DNA from: Euprymna scolopes
Lineage: Eukaryota
DNA length: 64,000 bases
NCBI GenBank assembly: GCA_053919585.1
Contig: CM132792.1
Reading direction: 5' to 3' (one strand)
Shown: positions 51,301-64,000 of the stretch, in pieces
Layout: the number at the start of each line of letters is the position of its first letter
Position numbering within the stretch: the first letter of the stretch is position 1
Notes under the pieces: generated by a model
The model's input: the letters and a program-made list of their open reading frames with translations, nothing else
Databases searched by the model: none
What the model was told of the DNA's origin: nothing
Made by a program: the position numbers and the translations under genes

Positions 51301-54300
51301 AGAAAAATATTTGTTAATTTAAAGTTCACTATAAATTTAAATTTTCAATATATATATATATAAGTTTTGTTTTTAGAAAAAACACGGTTTAAATATATAT
51401 ATATATATATATATTTACAAAGGAGTCACCACTTATCAAGGCCACTCGAGGATAAGGGTAAAATAAATTGATAATATAAATTTACACAAATCTTTGAGGA
51501 ACATACAGTTAAAACGTATCTTTGATACCAGCGGTTGTATTTTTTTATGTACTAACAAGTCACCATTAATTAAGGCCTTAAGATTTATCAAGGCCTTTAT
51601 TAACAGGATAGTCAGAAATTGGTTATTGATTGTGTGAGGCAAAACGAAAAAAAGATACAATCATATAAATATATAGCTGGAATGAAATGTGAGATTCCAA
51701 CATGAAATACAATAAGGTGTTTACAAGAGATCTTTTTTAAATAACCGTCTAGATAACAATAACTACTAAAGATATATAATTTAAAAGTAAAACAACATAT
51801 TTTGTTCATAATTTCATTAAAAACTGAAAATATAAAACAAATATTCTAACATCAGTTAATAGTTTTAATCATACAAATAGATAAGAAACGGATTAATAGA
51901 ATGAAATACGCTGTAAGTATATTTACCATAGATGTAATAATGAAGTCTTTAGGCAGTGTTTATAACTGGATAGTGGCAACGGATTGAATCCTACAAAAAT
52001 GGAAAAATTTCAATTAATATGGTGTAATAAAAACATTAAGCATACTTTATTTCAAAAGAATCTGTAAAAATATATCTTCTTAACAAAAATAAAGTTTGAT
52101 TGATTATAATCAACCTTGTCTGCTCTTTCTGACTTCTGGTTCTGCTCATGTGACAACAGTGACAAGCAAGATATGGTTCCTTCTGATAATGAATATCATC
52201 TTCTTAGATAATGTGAAAGCCACCCCCTTCCTCATGCTAAGAATCACTTTCTTTCATTTCTAATTATCCAGCAGAAACTGGAAGTCCAAAAAAAGCAGGC
52301 AATCTTGACTATACCCCAAATATTCAATATATGACGGTAAACGTGTGATGCTGCACGTTTAGTGGCATGCATAGTTGCACTATCTGCAGACGACAGGCTA
52401 GTGAAAAAAAGATATCTCGCCTGGAATTTGATCCCCCAAAGTTTGATTTTTCCACTTTAAATAAGGGGTTCATGTTGAGAAATCAAATTACTTAAAATCC
52501 TATAAAAATTTATGCCCATTTCAAATAAAAGACATCTTGAGGAGCAAGTTTTTATGCCCATAGATTAACAGCTGATGAATCTCAGATGATCTCACAATGT
52601 AGCATGACCAATATCTCTATATATTGCAGCAAGAGAGGTCAAAGGGTTCAGTTTGGTTTCTGAGTTTTAGAAATAGATAAGCCTTTGGGTCTTAAGCAGA
52701 TCGTCTGTTTCTGATTTGCAATTTTGTCGTTTGATGGAGAAATTAAGTGACATTGTTAATCTCAATAAAATATAATTGTTTGTTTGAATATCTATATAAA
52801 TAAAAAGTGTGTGAGTGCGTGTAAAATGAATACTTTATTTATAAGTTAGTTGACAAACACATGTTTACAGATTTTTTTGTGTGCACGACGACATATCAAA
52901 ATTCTCATGTTTATAAACGCTTGTTAGTATTTCTAACGACTAGCATACAAAGTTTTTATCCAATTCTTTTCAAATTTTAGGATAAAAGAAATTAATACAT
53001 TCGCTATTAAATAGCATTTGAACACAGTTTCTATCTTTACTTATATTTGTACAACAAAGTGACAACTTTGAGATATTCTAACTTTTGAGTGGAAAGACGT
53101 ACATGTGTTCAAATTCCAATTCTTTTCCTAATTAGCTACAACAACTAGAAACATCATCGATGGATACAACTTCTGCTTCGAGTATTTATATGAACACTAC
53201 CCAACCGCTTATTTGCAAAAAGTGATCTCTACTGCCGACAGGTTTCATCGTTAATACTTGGATTTAAATAGTGATTTCTTCGAATATAAAATCAACACAA
53301 ATATTAAAATACAATTTTAAAGTAAATTTTATTATGAATCCAGTTATATAAGTTTTATTTTGATGGAGGTAGGAGAAATGTACTTATTACTGATTTAAAG
53401 ACTATGGGTGTCAAATTAAGTAGTAGTGTGTGCCTTGTCCAGCGCTAAACATTGTAGTGTCTGGTATTGCTACTTGAAGTGGCTTAATTTTCAATCTTCC
53501 CTATCTGTTGATAGCTCAAATGATAGGGAATGCAACTGGGGCGCTAAATCTCTTGGTTTCGATTCTTGCTAATGGCACCCAAGTCATTATTTTTTTTTTT
53601 ATTTTTTGAAATCAGTATTATATATTAAGTACAAGATAATATTCAGTAGAGAATTGGCTCTGCAATAATACAAAATCTGCATGAATTAAAATATATTTAA
53701 ACATATTTTACATCTAGCAAGGTCAGGCATCCCTGCTAGTAATAAATAACTTTTTGTAAAAGGCATTGTTTTTAGTTTTTCTACTTTTAATGTTTAAATA
53801 ACAAAAATTATTATTCATAAATAATTTACCAAAAACTTTATGAAAAAACACAGCATCCCTTTTTGTTTTTCCATATATTAAATATAAATAAAAATAGTGA
53901 TACAACTTTACTTTTTAAATAAAAACTATTTATAGTTAAAACATTTCTTTAATTAACAATGCTAGATTATTTTCATTTTTGCAACCATAAAATAATCTTC
54001 ATTGCTTAATAAGTCATCAATAAAAATGTATTTCTTTTTACAATCTCGTAAATCAGCATGACAATAACTTTCAGATTTCTACAAAATCATACTATAAAAA
54101 TATAAAAATGGAAAATACTAGTTTTATAGATTAAAAAATCAAATCGTTTAAATCTAAAATGATACGGGCAATTTAAAATAGTTCTTTATTTCAAGTGGGT
54201 AGCTAAATTGATTCCTAATTCTTTAGCTTTTCAAAGAATTCTAGTGCTAAATTCTTGTAATGCTAAGCAACAAGAGTGATACGCAACTGATTTGATTTTT

Positions 54301-54464
54301 ACAAAAAAATAAAAATCTGCAGCAATGCAAACACCATTGGAGGAAAAAATATATTGCTTTAACACATGATGAGCATACATCCAGTTTTATATTCCAACTT
54401 TTATCAGACAGTTTGTTTAAAATAAGGTTTGAATTAGATTTAATAATAATTTATTTCATAAATT

Positions 54465-54950
54465 GGTGAGATTTAATTTTTGGATTATTCAGACTATTGT
54501 TCTCATCTTGCGCGTTATTCGCACTAGGTCTTGGCTGATATAACGCCCAACCATTTTTCAGGTGTATCTTGTCACAGTCAGGGATCTGCATGGAATTTCA
54601 AAGGGAACTCTGTATTTAATCCACAGAAGTAGCATGAACTCCTGGTGTAATGGATAAAGTACTACGTAAAATTCAGTTCTGAATCAAACTCTTCTGGAGA
54701 TTTAAAGTTTAATCCAAACGATATTAAGAATTGTGAGTCACTTTAGGATCTCTATCCAGTTATGACTGGCGAAACAAGAGTATGCTACCTTGTAGATTAA
54801 ATGAAGGGTTCTGTGCAAATTCTCAAGTTCAACAAAAATATTCCAGAGTCTGACAAGAGACACTGAAAGAGGGTTTGAGCTTCCATCAAGCAAAACAGAA
54901 ATAACACTCAAGAGAAAATAGTAGTTCAAGTAATCCAAATAATTCGCCCT
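54465..54950. mobile_element. Two Penelope-like terminal repeat copies in inverted orientation
   Basis: About 54465-54630 (ttggattattcagactattgttctcatc) faces about 54790-54950 (gagaaaatagtagttcaagtaatccaa). Confidence 0.55.
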
Positions 54951-57649
54951 TATCTTAAAAATTGAAAAACATAGTGACATTTATTGTTTATTTTTGTTAT
55001 CGTTTAAAATAAACTTGTTAGAAAAAATTATCCTAATTCAATCTAAGAATATTAAAAGTAAAAAATAAAATTCAAAAGTTGGAGAGGAGAATAGGATATT
55101 TTTAAAGCATAATAAATAATTATTCTTTCCTCTCATCATACAAAAGTGACATGTTTTATTTTCTAGCCCCTAGATGAAACCATTTGAAGTCGTCAAGTCT
55201 GAGTTTTTTTGCTTTTATTAGTTATCAGAAATGATAATTTATGAAAAATTAAATTACTGATGTAATTCTATGATTTTATAAAGAATATTTCAGTCATATA
55301 ATTAGATAAATAGTAGCAAAGCATTATAATTATTTTTTTCTGCCATTTTTTGACAGTGAATGTACACTAGTTTAGAATATTGTTTAAGGAAAGTGTTTAT
55401 TTAAAGTAAAGCCATTTTAATATTGTCAAAATATAAAGAACTTTTATTTTGTGGAGGAGGGTGTAAAAATATTCTCTTTCTGAATTTATATAAAAATGTG
55501 TAAACATTGTAAGACCAGTTAAAAAGAGATATTTCCAGCTTATGAAACAATAGTTATGTTTCTTAGTTCTTTACATTTTGAAATAGAACCACGACACATT
55601 AGTCAGAAGTTAAAAAAATTTTGAAAAAAACAAAAAACAGGTCCATGCAAGTATGAACTGTTTTTTTCATTCCGTTTAAAATATATACAAGGGATGATAA
55701 AGTCTTAATGTTACTAAAAACAAATGCAATAAAAAGCACACGTCAGCTATTATTTTTTAAAATTTTATTTTGTACATATGCATTTATTAAATGGCTATTC
55801 TAAAAAACAGATCAGGGGCATTTTTTCTCAAACAAATGGCAATTTTTCTAAAATATTTTCCGATGTAGCCAAAGTGAAATTCAAAATCGGAATAATTTTT
55901 TTATAATTTTCAGAACAAATCTTAAATAAAATTCGTTTTAACAAAAGATTTATCTCAAATTTATGTCAACATGTTTAATACAAAACTTCTCTTGGCCATC
56001 TCTAGAGTCACAGAATGCTTGTTATAGATCCTTTTTTTTTTCTATAATGAAGATTTTGCTTTGTAAAGTAAACTTTAAATATTACTTAAAATGAATATGG
56101 TTATTTAATAAGACATTATTTCATTAGAAAAAGGCACAACGTCTCCATTGTTGTAAGGATGTTAATTACCAGCAAAACAAGTCAAATCTATTACAAATGT
56201 AAATAACAGCTTATAAAACAAGATATGCAAGTAAGCTAAAACAAATATATTAATATATGAATTTTATATATTCTTATAGAATAATCAAACATTCTATTGG
56301 ATTTCTTTCCATACAATGGAGCCAACAAATAATGTCCCAGTATTGCCTGGCAAACTTGAAAACCCCAAGAAACTGCTACTCCATCTTCGGATATATGATG
56401 CTACAGTTTCATTAATAGTAAATAACTTAAAACCAGGTTGTGAACACAGAGATGTTAGCGTTAACGTAACACTTCTGATGGATGCAAAGTTAGTGTTAAT
56501 ATAACATGCTTCAGTTTATGATATTGAAAAGAAAACAAAAATCATGCCTAAATAATATCACCCATAAAATATTCTGAAATTATCTAACAATTGTTAGATA
56601 ATAATTGTTTTGGAGAGGCTAAAAAATAATAATCCTCAAAAAGAATTGAATCTTCTGCATTTCATAGAACTTAAATGCATAAAATCAAACACTTTTAAAC
56701 CTCATCTGTAAAAGGAATCAAACCCCTTAACTCAATTTATGAGTCCAAAGATAGATACAACATCGGCTTCAGAGAGAAAGATTTTAAAAGTCAAGTTTTA
56801 ATTTTCCTTGCTTAAAATTAAGTGTTTATTAGAAATATCAAAAATAATAGCATTCATAATAATACCAGCAGCATTCACCTTTGGCAGGTTAAACTGGCTT
56901 CCTCAAAGGAGGAAGTTTCATGGGAATATAAAGCATTCAAAAGTTTGTGTCTTGATATGGAAAAGCCAAAATGCTATAAACTTTGTAGTTATGTGAAAAT
57001 GATTGAAGAGTGTGCATTATTTTTGTAATGAAATTTTTGTTGTATAACATTGTTTCTGACTGTAATTACTGTAATAATGTATTTATTTATTGAGGTTTAT
57101 TATGTTAATATGAGTCATACAGATTTGCAATGTCGATTTTCAAGGACTTTTTCAGACAAAATTCAAGTTTAAAAACAAAATTTGATACATAAAAAATAAA
57201 ATAAACATAAAAAGCTAATATTTTAATTAATATTTTTAAAAATATAATTTAATTGTATTTATTTCGATTTTTAATTTCACTTCGGCTACATCCATAAAGT
57301 ATATGGATAATATGGAGTAGTTTCGTGATAAGGGGGCATAACTCTTGTATCAACAATACCGAAAATAACAATATGATACAATTCACAAAAAATGTAGTCA
57401 TTTCAATTTTATTTTTAAGATTTAAAAATATTTTATTAATATTTCAATTTTATTTTTTATATGCCGACACAAATTTTTACTTGGCATAAAGAATATAATT
57501 TTCAAACCCTTTTCAAGATATTTTCCATATTTCCAAGGGCTTTTAAAAGTTGGCCTTTTCAAGCTCAAAATTTAAGGTCTATTTCAACCCTGTGAAAAGC
57601 CTGGTTAATTTGTTGAATTTGATAAATAAAGTATTACAGCTATAAAGTG

Positions 57650-59945
57650 AATATGAGAAAGATGAGTTTAATGACAGGCTTAGGTGTAAGGTAGGTGAGA
57701 AAGAAGTACTTGTGGTAGGAGATTTGTATGATTATGATGAAAAGAAAATCTGCTGCCAGTTTTGAGAGTATTTGAGAAAATGAATATGACGATAGGAATA
57801 TAGAACGAGCAAAATTTTGTTGGTTACAAATATTGTTTGGAATAAAAAAAGGCAAAGCCATTTCACTATTTATGAATCTAGAACAGCAAAAACTCTAGTT
57901 AATTATCTGTTGGTAAGGAAAAAAGAACAGAATACTTGGTGAAAAAATTATAATACAACACAAACTAGTTATTATTTTTAAGTTTAAAAAATTAAAAAAT
58001 TTCATGAGGTGAGAAGAAAGTGCAATTCTTGAAGAGTGATGTGGAAGTTGAACGAAGAAAACATGAAATGCAAGCGATTGAGCATTTGGTTACTAAATCC
58101 ACTTCAGAAAGTGTGGAAAAACAGTGGAAGATGCTGAAGGATACACTGTTAGATGTAACAAATCAGGCTTATGGGTGGATGGAAGGGCCCCAAAGATATA
58201 AGGGGATGAGGTTGTGTAAATTGAAAAGTATATGAAAGAGCAGGAAAGATGGAGCAAGTGGAAAAAAGGTTTAGTGAATAAGGCTGTGTATTTTGATGGC
58301 AAAGAAACCAACAAAAAATTCAATCTACAAAGTCAACGTGGAGACCGAGTTAGATTTCCAGATTTACAAGGAATGATCAGAAGAATAACATACTCAGGAT
58401 AGTTAAATAGACAGCAAAAACAAATTTGGATATTGCTTCAAAACGAAAATGGGATACTAGTAATAAATGAACAGGACAAGCGACACTTGAAAATGTTATT
58501 ATAAGAGATTGCTGAATGCAGAGTTTTCACAGAACCAAGAAAATCTAGAAATTGTTGTAAGAAGAAGGGTGAGGTTGCTGAACCCTTAGATATTGCAGAA
58601 ATATATTGCATGCCTAATTTGATCAATTCTTAAAAATGACACTTTTTGCTGCAAAGTGAAAAAAAATGTAACCATGAGCTCAAACAGCATCATATTGTTG
58701 GAGAGAAATGCATTCGAAATGACTATGAACAAGAGGTATTCTTAAAAATATCATTAGAAATTATTGAATACAGAGTTTTCATGGAACGATGAAAATCTAA
58801 AAGTTGCAAAAGCAGTATTCCAGCTATAAGTATTGAGAAAGAAATGGTACACAAAGCTTTATGATTAAGAGTAAGACTGTAGGACCCTCAAGCATTGTTA
58901 CAGAAATATTGAAGGCTGCGAATGAAACAGATATTGAGATGATCACAAGTCAAACCATGAAAGGGATAGTTTTGAAAGATGGCATACATAGATATAGGTT
59001 AATATAAAAGCTTAGAGTTGATCGATCAGATATTAAGAGTGGTTCAGAGAATAATTGAACAGCAAATAAACTAAACATAGATGAAATGCAATTTGGTTTT
59101 ATGCCAAAGTGAAGTATGACCTGTGCTATATTTATCCTAAAACAAATGCAAGAGAAGTAGCTTGCTAAGAAGAATATGTATTTTGTTGAGTTGGAGAAAC
59201 TTTTTGATAGAATGCCAAAAGATGTCTGGTGGGTTTTGCATAAATTGGGGGAAAACAAGTGATTTGTGAACGTTGTTCAAGCAATATACAGAAATGCTCA
59301 GTCATTAACAACACATTTAGTGACAGCTTTCATGTTAAAATACAGAGATATGTACAGAGTCTGTTTAAAATTGGTGTCTTAAATACATTTTCCAGGAAAA
59401 TTTGTCCGGGCTGTTTGGAAAAGATGTTTTAGGTTGATGACTTAATACTTGTCTGGAAAACAATGGCAGGTTTGCATGTTAAGTAAAAAAAACTGGAGGA
59501 ATGCGATGAAAAGTAATAGTCTGAAAGTGAATTTTATCAAAAGATAAAACCAGTATATGTGTGAGAAGTGAAAGACAATGGAGATGGATGAGAATTCAGA
59601 TGTGGAGAAAGTATATTTAGAAATGATATGAGAATGATACAATAGATGTGTAATGGGAGTCTTAAACAGATCTGATGTCCTCAGAAGATTAAATCTGGAC
59701 AGGAAGACGTGTACAGAAGAGTAGACTTTGAAGATATAGCAGCAACATTGAAAGAATGGATAAGAGTTCTTGGGTTCGTAGATGTAGAACGGGTAGAGTA
59801 GCAGGGTCAGTTAGAGGTCAAGGAAAATCTGGGAGGAAGTGATAAGGATGAATTTTGGATCAGTTTGAGAGTCAATTTCTAAAACTAAAAGTCGTCCAAC
59901 ACATGCCAACATGTAAAATCGATGTTAAACTGAATATGATGATGT
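57650..59945 (+). mobile_element. Decayed RTE-clade LINE (endonuclease relic, RT relic, 3' end with ATG-repeat tail)
   Basis: About 59075-59250 translates as IDEMQFGFMPK*SMTCAIFILKQMQEK*LAKKNMYFVELEKLFDRMP, matching the RTE pattern QFGF..GTTDAIF.LRQ.QEK...FVDLEKAFDRVP. Many stops. The 3' end is ccaacacatgccaacatgtaaaa...gatgatg. Confidence 0.85.
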
Positions 59946-60319
59946 GATAGCTACACTGCAACGATTTTGATAATTATATTACGTACATCATTAAAATAGG
60001 TTATTAGCAAAGAAAATTTTAAAACAACATTAACTCTTCTTGTTCTAACATGTCATCAATGAATAATGGAACATTCCATGGAAATAGTCCAAGATTAAGG
60101 TTCAACGAAATGTAAACACCAAACATTAATTGCAGATATTAATAAAATATGCAAAGAAATCACAAGCAAATTGAGTTGAGTTGTTAGTATGGTCGACCAA
60201 TAGTGCTATGAAGATAATGACTGAAAAGCGAGTCATGCAAGGTTATAGCAATATAAGAAGAAAAGTTGTATAATCGATAAGTTGTATATTTGCATAGTAT
60301 TGGTATCAATGTTGATTAC

Positions 60320-60617
60320 TGTAATGATGATGATGCCTCCATTCAGCCTCGAAAGACAATATGTAAGGATAGTTACGCATGTAATTGTGAGCAAGAGTGG
60401 CGCAATCAAAAAACCACACCTTTCCTGAATCGACACTGCTTGAGCTCAGTGGCAAGGAGACATCCAGGATGAATGGAAACAATGCTGAGATAAGCGGAGA
60501 GCACATACAGCACCTGAAATTCCCAAATGGTCACCCATTTTAGTAGTGACCAGGCTTAATGTTGTTTAACTTGGTGATTTAATGGGAACCAGTGTGTCAG
60601 CGTGGACTATACTGTAT
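60320..60617 (-). mobile_element. 5S rRNA-derived element (5S pseudogene head, unrelated body, (CAT)n tail); SINE3-like
   Basis: Reverse complement of 60504-60612 is ccacgctgacacactggttccc...atcaccaagttaaacaac...gcctggtcactactaaaatgggtgaccatttgggaatttcaggtgctgta, colinear with metazoan 5S rRNA. Confidence 0.75.
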
Positions 60618-63600
60618 ATAATTTTTGTAATAAAAGGTATGCTGTTCTGTAAAGAGCAAACGAAAACTCGTAGTAAAGAAAAAACAAACTGGTGTATAAT
60701 GAACTATGTGCATTATAAAATTTGTTCCCTAGTAAATCTGAATAAAGTAGGAGGACTTGAGAGATAACAAGTTTTTTAACTACCTCTGAATATTTTAACC
60801 CCCCGCCTCAAAAAACATGATCAGGACTAAATATTAAAATAAAAGAAAAGAAAACTAAAATTTGGTTTTGTAAAAACGGACCAATATCTGCCCTAAATCA
60901 CTGAACAGATTTGTATATGTACCTTTATCAAAACTATCAAGACCCAATGTAGAGAAGAGAGACCTCACTATATCATTACACACACACACACACACACACT
61001 AGAAGAATACCTGTACCAAGGCAGATAAAATGAATTCTACAAACAAAACAGTTTTGCATAACCAAAGTCCCCTTATAAAGATTAAAATAATTCCAATTTT
61101 TATCAAAATCCAATGATTTTAGTTCTAGAACATTTCAAAGATTTATGCTTAAGAGGTTTCAAGAAATTGAAGTTCAGAGAATCTTGTGTCCAATGATTAT
61201 CAGGTTGAATGGATATTCGATATGTTCAAAATTTCAGATGGCAGGTTGTGTCCATATTATGCCACCTCAAAACTCTTTAAAATAATCTAAAGAAATTGAA
61301 ATTTGAGGAATATTTATTAATTGATGTCAAATATGTACTGTCCAAGTTTCACAAAAATTGGAGGTACCTGAATTTTCAGAAAACGTTTCCATCCCTTTAT
61401 TACCCCTTTGCATCGAATTAAAAACTAAATAAAGCTCACTCCCATTACGACCACTTAAACATAGCACCTATTTATTTATAATTATCAGGTTAATTAGTTT
61501 AGAGGAAAATGATGGTGGCTCAATTGTTAATGAAACAAGCTGACAACCTGGGAGTGTAAAGTTCAAATATAGTTCATTCCACAGAAACATTTTCACATGC
61601 TAGAAAGTTTCATGTGGTTTCTTCCTGATGTCTTTCTCGAAAGAATTGTAACTAGAAAAATATTGAGGAAACTAATGTCAACAATAAAACCATCTGATTT
61701 ACACAAAATGAATAAATTAGTTTAGGAGTGAATCCTGTATATGCAAACATATGTACATACTTAATTTTACATTTATGAATGTTCTCTAACACACTAATTC
61801 AAAAGAAATTTAAAACATGTACTAGTTTGATATTTACGAAGAAAGAAAATTGAATACTTAAAAAACTACAATCAAGGATGTAATCTACAAAAACAATAAA
61901 AAAATTTTTTCATAAATCTTTGTTACATTTATTTGTTTTAATATTTATAATTATTACTCAAATATATATTCAAACACAGAAGACAATAATTGGATATTAT
62001 TACACAAGCTAACAATACGAAAATATCATCTTCGCTAATATTTTCCAAATTAGATTAACTTTATAGTTTTAAAAAAATACAATTATTCATATTCAAAAAA
62101 AGAAATTGCTTTATTTTTTATTTTTACTATTAGGCATCACAAACCACCATAGAGTTTAGTGCACAAAAATGTGTGAATATATTGAAGTTCTCTTCAATTT
62201 TAACTTGCAATATTTCATTTGTTGAGTTATTTTAATAAAATTTAGATATAAACAAAATTTAATTTCTTTTTTTTTATAATGTAAAATTCTTTCTTATCAT
62301 TCAGTTTTTTTTTTTCAGGCTACTTCAAGTTAGCTTACTGTTTTTGGTAACAGACTATTTTTTTAATCTCACCATTTTCAGATTTTGTGATAACTCATTT
62401 ATTTTGGGGTTATTTTGATAAAATTTGGTTGTAAACAAAATTTTATCTTTTTTTTTTTTTATAAATAAACAATTATTTTTCTTACAACATTACTATTTTC
62501 AATGAGAGCGATTTGTTTTTTCATGTTGATGTTTTTCAACTTAATGTGCAAGATATTGTGTATCTTGTCAATATAGTGATTTTAATATTAGGTTTTAAGT
62601 TGTCTTTCACCAAAAAAAAAAAATCAGGTTGAAAACTTTAGTGAATGAATTTTTGCCTTATTAAATACTGTTTCTGTTTGTTTTTATATGAGTCAAATCT
62701 GAGATTTTTTATTGATTTTGTAATACTAAAATAAAATTACTAATAAATAAAATAAAATTACTAATAAATAAAAAAAAATCAACTTGATCTCTAATGTTCT
62801 ATCAATCATATGAAGATTCAATATGTTGCCTGTTGAAATGAATCTTAATATTTGTGCCATTTTATGTTTTTTGTTTATTCTTTTATTTTTTTTTTTCAAA
62901 AGATAGTACAATTTTGCTTAATGATAAGGATGGCTTAATTTAATAACTATTGTTTCTATTATGGTCAATTATCATTTACCACAAAATTACATCACATTTG
63001 TAAAGATTTTTTTCGTGTTCAAAATCTACATTTTTAGTTATACACTGAAATTTAGCATACTGAACAGCAAATTTTCTAATTGCCAACAAACTTTCAATAG
63101 TTATAATTTGGTGGCTAATTGTGCTCTAAAAATAAATTTGACACCTTTGTTAATTTTACATTAAGATTTATATGTCCATATTAAACAATATTTAGATAAA
63201 ACAAACAAAAAAATTTTCGCCTTATTATTTGGCAAAATCTTTGCAAAAAAGAATCCTTCAAGCAAGCATATATTCACAGCTAAAATTTCAGTAAATTGGT
63301 GTATTACTGGTTTTGCAACAAAATATTATTCTGTAACAAGTAAATATTGCATCAGATAGGCCTCAAGAATGTTCCAGTAAATTCAATTCTTTACAATTAT
63401 TTCTGAATTAATTTATTTTTAACATAATTTAGATTAGAATAATAATCAGATTAAGCAACTTTGTTCAAAGATACAAATCAGTTAAACCGTGGATTTGTGG
63501 CTCAATACTAGGAGATCCACCCTCCCAGGCTTTATCTCTCTGGAAAGAGGTTTATTGCTAATTGCATGATATGTACCGATGGGGAAATACTGACAGGGTT

Positions 63601-64000
63601 GCTCAAGAATTTTCTTTGTATGCAAGAGTGTGATTATCGTAGTGTGCTGGTTTCTCAAAGCGACATCTGAATTTGTGGTCCCTGGCAAATAGATAAATAA
63701 TATCACTCTAGAAGAAGAAAAAAAATCTAATTGTGTGACGGATTTAATTTTTGAAACCTTTCTCACAAGTATAAGGAAATATTAAAAAAAAAAAGGGGTG
63801 TTCCATGTTCCATATTTAGATATGCAATTATTCATTTTCAAGATGTGAACGTAGTCAACCTGTTGCTGAAGCAACAACATTCTCTTTGTTATTTTTTTTT
63901 TTTCTTACAAGGTGGTCACCACTTATCAAGGCCTAGAAGCCACTCGGGGATAAGGGTTATTGCGTGTACAGTACGTTAGTGTTGAGATTTGATAAAGTGT

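Noticed and set aside
60504-60617. Functional 5S rRNA gene
   Set aside because: Many substitutions, an indel, no polyT terminator, and fusion to a SINE-like body.

Overview
AT-rich eukaryotic (animal) genomic DNA with no prokaryotic features. The window holds the 5' part of one large minus-strand gene, a GW182/TNRC6 (gawky) family miRNA-effector. I could reconstruct five phase-consistent GT-AG coding exons (18093-15455, 7825-7703, 4026-3862, 911-825, 271-214). They encode the GW/WG-rich Argonaute-binding region, a polyQ/H tract and most of a UBA-like domain, and the gene continues beyond position 1. Four further candidate upstream exons (48024-47951, 39194-39117, 33668-33630, 24169-24000) suggest alternative N-termini and uORFs. 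The introns are filled with decayed mobile DNA: Penelope-like elements (a GIY-YIG relic plus many terminal-repeat copies with hammerhead-ribozyme-like cores), RTE-type and CR1/L2-like LINE relics, tRNA-derived SINEs, a 5S-rRNA-headed SINE-like element, a Tc1/mariner relic, MITEs, minisatellites and microsatellites. There are also several long near-perfect hairpins, including a 124-bp-arm palindrome. The repeat landscape reminds me of a mollusc, possibly a coleoid cephalopod, but this is an unverified impression. Repeat boundaries are approximate; exon and main hairpin coordinates were counted base by base. I found no convincing wholly new biological system.
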